A DNA stretch of 55,251 nt, filler included, from Squatina squatina (lineage: Eukaryota): the NCBI GenBank assembly GCA_031763465.1. It is 3 parts of 3 records of this genome, joined end to end, with 100 filler letters (N's around TTAATTAATTAA, not from the genome) between each part and the next. Parts side by side here need not be neighbours in the genome. Positions count along the whole stretch, not along the records: positions 40,871 to 55,251 come from JARFOE010000232.1; 2 more parts are not named here. One strand, 5' to 3'. A model generated the notes under the pieces. The model was not told the origin of the DNA, did not search any database, and was given only the letters and a program-made list of their open reading frames with translations. The position numbers and the translations under genes are program-made. Shown here one piece after another: positions 49,255 to 55,251 of this stretch (the first letter of the stretch is position 1; each line of letters opens with the position of its first letter).

Positions 49255-49753
49255 CTGTAGGCCTCCACAGAATTCATACCAGCTGAGAGTTGAGAGCTGG
49301 TGTGAGTCCTCCTGACACCTGTAATAAGGCCCCAAACCTTTTCTCAGAAAAAATAATCAAACTCCTCTGGAATGATTAGCTTCTCCAAGAGACATGCTTC
49401 CTCTATTGGGTGCTGAAGAACCGAAGAAGACACTTCTTCAAGGCCTCCTGTCCGCTGGTATGGCATGGCACTACTCCAACATTCTGCTAACAATTTGGGG
49501 CAGGCACTGATGTATCCTTGCAGATATGGGGAGCCATATAGATAAACCTGGCCTCAGGATTTGGGATAGGGTCTCTGGCTCGGGTTATGATGGGTGGGAT
49601 ACAAACAAAAAATGCTGGAAATACTCAGCAGGTCAGGCAGCATCTGTGGAGAGNNNNNNNNNNNNNNNNNNNNNNNNNNNNNNNNNNNNNNNNNNNNNNN
49701 NNNNNNNNNNNNNNNNNNNNNNNNNNNNNNNNNNNNNNNNNNNNNNNNNNNNN

Positions 49754-51180
49754 AATACTCCAGGTGTGGTCTCACCAAGGCCCTGTATAACTGCAGTAAG
49801 ACATCCTTACTCCTGTACTCAAATCCTCTTACAATGAAGGCCAACATACCATTTGCCTTGGTATCATCCTAGTGAATCCTTTTTGCACTTTCTCCAGTGT
49901 CTCTATATCCTTTTAATAATATGAAGACATGAACTGCAGTCTTCCAAGTGTGGTCTAACCAAAGTTCGATACAAATTTAACATACATTAGCTGCTTTTCA
50001 ATTCTATCCCTCTAGAAATCAACCCCTGTGCTATGTTTTTTTTTAATTGCCTTATTAACCTCTGTCACTACTTTTAGTGTTTTGTGTATTTGTACTCCTC
50101 GGTCCCTCTGTTCCTCTACCCCATTTAGACACTTATCTTTCAAGGAGTCTCTTTATTCTTCCTACCAAAATGTAGCACCTCACACTTATCTATATTGAAG
50201 TTAATTTGCCAATTACACCCCCATTCTGCAAGATTATTAATGTCTTCCTGTATTTTGACACAGTCCTCTTCTGTATTAACTATGTTCCCCAATTTGGTGC
50301 CATCTGCAAATTTTGAAATTGTACTTGTGAATCCCGAGTGCAAATCATTTATGTAAATAGTAAACAGCAGTGATCCCAACACTGATCCTTGTGGAACACC
50401 ACTTCCCACCATTTGCCAATCTGAGTAACTACCTTTAACCCCTACACTCTGCGTTGTTTTTCTAGCCAGCTTGTTATTCATTCTACTGCTTGTTCCCTGA
50501 CTCCATATGCTCTGACCTTAGTCATGAGTCTACTATGTGGCACCTTATCGAAGGCCTTTTAAAAATCCAAATGTATTACGCCTACTGCATTAACCTTGTC
50601 TAACATTCTGTTACTTCTTCAAAGAATTCAATAAGTTTGGTCAAGCATGACCTTCCCTTTTCTATTACATCTTTAAGTAAGGATTCTATTATCTTTCCTA
50701 TGACTGACATTAAGATAATTGGTCTATAGTTCCCTGGACTTGTTCCATCTTCCTTTTTATATATAGGAATCACATTAGTTGTCGGTGAGACCTCTGGCAC
50801 TATTCCTTTTCTAATGCATTTTTTATATATGCAATAGTGCTTTTGTTATTTTTATCCAAACTTCTTTTAACATTTGTGAATTCAATCCATCCAGGCCAGG
50901 GGTTTTAACCTCTCTAAGTATTATTTGTTTATCAATTATCTCCCCCTCTTTTATCTTAAATGTCTTTATATTATTTTTGTTCTCTTCTAATGTCATGTCC
51001 ACCCTATTAGTTTCCTGGTAAATATGGAGGCAAAGTAACCATTCAATATTTCTGCCATTTCGCTGTCATTACCTGTGAATTTATCTTGTACACCTGAGTG
51101 GCCCAACTCTACCCTGATTTTTCTTTTGTTATTTATGTATCTGTAGAATGCTATATTATTTCCTTTTATATTCCTTGATA
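49754..51180 (-). mobile_element. CR1 LINE ORF2 (RT) remnant with internal deletions
   Basis: NVIPIYKK..PGNYRPI, GVPQGSVLG.LLFTIYINDL..KFADGTKL..FNIDKCEVLHFG, LQLYRALVRPHLEY. Confidence 0.9.
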
Positions 51181-52649
51181 ATTTAGTACGATGAGAGATT
51201 AAAACGAGGCTCCATCTACTCTCTCAGGTGGACGTAAAAGATCCCATGGCATTATTTTGAAGAAGAGCAGGGGAGTTATCCCCAGTGTCCTGGCCAATAT
51301 TTATCCCTCAANNNNNNNNNNNNNNNNNNNNNNNNNNNNNNNNNNNNNNNNNNNNNNNNNNNNNNNNNNNNNNNNNNNNNNNNNNNNNNNNNNNNNNNNN
51401 NNNNNNNNNNNAAATTCAGCACTTAGCACTAGAAACTTTAAAAACCCGAATTGGCCGCCCTATTTGTATTAACCATTCCAATGGCAGGAAAGGCTTTTAC
51501 CATTGGGGTGCTGTTCATTCTACAGGTATGAAATAATCAAACAGAAACCTATTATGCAGACTTTGTGCTTTTTAACCCTATTTTGATTCACAGCTTTGAT
51601 TAATTGTGCGAGTACCTTTTCTATTTTTTCTTTCTCACAACCTAGATTTAAGAGAAGATAAAAATTTATGATGTGACTACACCTAATGACCAGAGGGATC
51701 ATTAGTCCTCCTCCTTTCCAATAATTTTTTTATGTACAGTAATGTATTTTGCATTTACTTCAAAGTGCATTTCACTGTTAAGAGTACATACATTGTGGAA
51801 TATCATCTTAGCAGATGACTTCAGTTTTAATAATGCATATCAATTTACAATGCTATGTAAATATCTTTAACTTGTATATTGATCAAAACTTTCATGGAGT
51901 TATAAAAATGCATACCTGTTATCGCAGACAAGAAACTAGAAGCCAATGAAAGAGCAATTGGGTATGCAGAGATCTGTCTGTTGAAAAAAACATGAAGCAC
52001 TCTTTTTTAATTACATGAGCCTGCAAGTTGATCATTTTTCTTTTACAAAAGGTTATGTTTAAAAGTATATTTGTTCCTATAAATGTTCAAATTGTGCTTA
52101 CCGGTTTCCTACCAGGAACTCTTCTGTTGTTTCTTGTCCAGTCCTACCACGTTTAAAAGCAAAAAATATTCCAATCGCAGCAGATACAAACAGCATAGAA
52201 GCAAAAACAACATAATCCCAGACTTGAAAGGCACTATTCTCTGCCATGGCTGCTTGTCTTATAAAGGTAAAAGCTCAAAGAACAAACTAAGTCCAATAAG
52301 TCTGCTGATAATCTGATAAGAAGGGCAAAAGTCCACACCTGCACTTCTAAAGATACACACATAGTTGTCTGTTCTTTTATTGCATGTAAGAAAATCAATC
52401 CCCACTCGTCAGTTATTGACTAACTGTGATAGAAATAGTCCAGTTTTATTGCTANNNNNNNNNNTATATAGTGATTAGAAATCCTGCATCACTTCAAGGA
52501 CACAATCCAAAATCTCATATGAAGGAGTTTCAGGAAATTCTTATCATTATGTGACCAAATTGGTCATTAGTTCATTATTAATAGTGATGATTGTGTTCTA
52601 ATAGAACTTTCTATTGTTAATCTGGGCACTGAAATTCAATGCTGGACCT

Positions 52650-52781
52650 GTCATGGAGAAATATTGAAAAACTGTTTTGAGTGATCAAACAGTTGCAGAT
52701 TCTGGCCACCAGATGGTGGTGTCATGGAGACAAATATTGAAGAACTGTTTTTAGTGATCATACAGTTACAGATTCTGGCCA
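52650..52781. repeat. Diverged tandem duplication, period about 71 bp
   Basis: gtcatggaga..aatattga..aactgttt..agtgatca.acagtt.cagattctggcca occurs at 52650 and 52721. Confidence 0.8.
52703..52721 (+). promoter_or_regulatory. Candidate CTCF binding site
   Basis: tggccaccagatggtggtg resembles the CTCF consensus TGGCCACCAG(G/A)(G/T)GGC(G/A)(C/G); motif match only. Confidence 0.35.
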
Positions 52782-52896
52782 TTGGGTATCATCTTTNNNN
52801 NNNNNNNNNNNNNNNNNNNNNNNNNNNNNNNNNNNNNNNNNNNNNNNNNNNNNNNNNNNNNNNNNNNNNNNNNNNNNNNNNNNNNNNNNNNNNNNN

Positions 52897-53498
52897 CCTC
52901 ATTCTTCCCACCAAAATGTATTGCTTCACAATTCTAGTAAAATTTCATCGATGATGTGTCTGCCCATTTCACCAGTCTGCCTATGTCCTCCTGAAGTCGG
53001 TTTGTATCCTCCTTATTGTTTACTACATTTCAGAGTTTTCGATCATCTGCAAACTTTGAAATTATGCCCTATATACCCAAGTCCAGATCATTAATATATA
53101 TCAATACATGTGACTGTCCCTGTAATCCCCTGGACTTTAACTTTGCTAAGAGGTCTGAGTGAGGTTTTCAGGATTTTGAAACAAATTGACATGGTAGATA
53201 GAGACACACTTTTACCACTGTTGGGGGAGTCTAGGGCAAGGGGATATAACCTTAAAATCAGAGCCATTCAGGAGAGAGGTTAGGATGCACTTCTTCACAC
53301 AAAGGGTGGTAGAAGTGTGAAACTCTCTCCCAGAAAAAGCAACAGATGTTAGCTCAATTAATAATTTTAAATCTGAGATCTACAGATTTTTTTTTGCCTG
53401 ACAAGGGTATAAAAGGATATGGGGCAGGTTGATGGAGTTAACATACAGATCAGCCATGAGCTCATCGAATGGTGGAACAAGCTCGAGAGGCTGAATGG
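52897..53498. mobile_element. Two adjacent CR1 fragments in opposite orientations (about 52897-53150 minus, about 53155-53498 plus)
   Basis: Minus: YINDLDLGI.GIISKFADD; plus: ESRARGYNLKI..FFTQRVV and a cagatcagccatga tail. Confidence 0.75.
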
Positions 53499-53743
53499 NN
53501 NNNNNNNNNNNNNNNNNNNNNNNNNNNNNNNNNNNNNNNNNNNNNNNNNNNNNNNNNNNNNNNNNNNNNNNNNNNNNNNNNNNNNNNNNNNNNNNNNNAA
53601 AGAATTTGACCAGAAACCTCATTCTCTGGTTTCCTCATATTATTTATCAACATGCAGTTATTCTGTTCATTTTTTTAGTGGAAGAAGTTTTGTTACAGAT
53701 TTTGACTTATTTCAGGACTTACCTCCGTAATTATTTGAAATAA

Positions 53744-53854
53744 AAAATGCTGGAAACACTCAGCCTGCCATCCAGCATCTGTGGGGAGAGAAACAGAGTT
53801 AACTCTGTTTCTCTCTCCACAGATGCTGTCTGACCTGAGTGTTTCCAGCATTTT
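53744..53854. repeat. Long palindromic repeat (Penelope-like inverted terminal repeat family)
   Basis: aaaatgctggaaacactcag..cagcatctgtgg.gagagaaacagagtt|aactctgtttctctctccacagatgctg..ctgagtgtttccagcatttt; a half-copy lies at about 49608-49653. Confidence 0.8.
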
Positions 53855-54331
53855 CTGTTTTTTTAAATTTCAGATTCCCAGCATCTGCAATATTTTGCTA
53901 TTATTTCACGTAATTATTTGATTCATAATTATGAAGGTGGGAATTGTTAAATANNNNNNNNNNTTGGGAGCAAAAACGTTAATGCGCCAATGTTATGAAA
54001 TGAAGCAAAAGCCAAAATGAATACCAGTCTAGTACAAAAAAACAAATGTACGCAAACCTTGAAGGTCATCAAGTTTACCTTCTGTGTCTCAGCAGAAGAA
54101 AAAGTGTCAACTGCTGACAATGAGGAAAGTCTTATCAATTACTTCAACAATCCAAACTCAGATTGCTCTTTCTGTAGTAGATCAGTAAATGATATTGTTA
54201 TAAACTGTATCCTGCAGAGTCCTTATAGAGATTTATACACTAAAAACAAATGTCAGTGATATACTGGCCCATACTTTTATTCGTACAAACTGATTTAAGC
54301 CTACCTCATTGTTTTATACTTTCTGTTGCAG

Positions 54332-54385
54332 GCTAATGTAATCTGTATAGTGTATGCCGTCAACAGCAGAAATTCCATAGACAAG
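54332..54385 (+). CDS. RHOT1: RHOT1 (Miro1) exon, ANVICIVYAVNSRNSIDK
   Basis: 54-nt exon bounded by ttgcag / gtggg; matches recalled human RHOT1 ANVICIVYAVNNKHSIDK. Confidence 0.93.
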
Positions 54386-54541
54386 GTGGGTCCAATTCAG
54401 TGTTTTAAAATGAGTCACAAGTAGAGGATTGAAAGTATTGTAATGCATCAATTTCTCACAGAACTAGTCAGTCAGATTTGCTTGGTTGCTGGCTAACTTC
54501 ATACCTGGGTTGCAACAAAATCAAATGTTTACCTATTGCAG

Positions 54542-54594
54542 GTAACGAGTCGCTGGATTCCTCTAATAAATGACAGGACTGATAAGGATAGCAG
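54542..54594 (+). CDS. RHOT1: RHOT1 (Miro1) exon, VTSRWIPLINDRTDKDS(R)
   Basis: 53-nt exon, ttgcag / gtacgg; RHOT1-type sequence (RHOT2 has IRTKWIPLVNG); phase joins the flanking exons. Confidence 0.93.
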
Positions 54595-54778
54595 GTACGG
54601 TGATGTTTAGTTAAATACAGCTATTTGTTTTGTAAGGCTGGAAAGTTAAATGGCTAATGATGTCTGTTGCTATTTAACTTGTATGTCGCTTGCTAGTAAA
54701 ATATATTCTGTTTATTTTAAAAAAAGACTTCACAGAATTACTGTAGCAAATCACATTCTGCTTGATCAGCTATTTTAG

Positions 54779-54970
<192 letters not shown>

Positions 54971-55009
54971 TAGCAATTGAATTGAATTTACTTTATCAAG
55001 TTCATATAT

Positions 55010-55251
55010 CAGGTTAAGCAACACCTCGATTTTAAAATTCTCATCCTTGTTTTCAAATCGCTCCATAGCCTCACCCCTCCCTATCTCTGTAATCACCTCC
55101 AACCCCACAGCCCTCCAAGATCTCTGCGCTCCTCTAATTCTGGCCTCTTGAGCACCCCTGATTTTAATCACTCAACCATTGGTGGCCGTGCCTTCAGCTG
55201 CCTTGGTCCTAAGCTCTGGAATTCCCTCCTTAAACCTCTCTCCCTCTCTTT
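55010..55251 (+). mobile_element. L2-type LINE 3' region in a RHOT1 intron, runs off the window
   Basis: Same family sequence as 2250-2610. Confidence 0.8.

Overview
Eukaryotic DNA, almost certainly from a cartilaginous fish (shark), judged from its repeats: CR1 and L2 LINE 3' ends, Deu-domain SacSINE1-type SINEs, PIF/Harbinger-like MITEs and a Penelope-like palindrome. The assembly is a fragmented draft. It has many 100-N gaps, and two artificial N44-TTAATTAATTAA-N44 linkers (17153-17252, 40771-40870) split it into three probably unrelated segments. The main feature is an intronless SAMD9/SAMD9L-family antiviral STAND NTPase (42285-46889, +) with SAM, AlbA_2 nuclease (catalytic acidic residues retained), SIR2-like, P-loop and TPR regions. 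Its apparent frame break is an assembly artefact. Spliced exons missed or mis-framed by the ORF track are: two ERC1/ELKS exons including the DDEEGIWA* PDZ-ligand exon (-), three C1orf21 coding exons (+), one transglutaminase (TGM2-like) exon (+), RHOT1/Miro1 exons 5-7 (+), and several unidentified exon-like segments. All identifications come from recalled protein sequences and splice signals; no database search was run.
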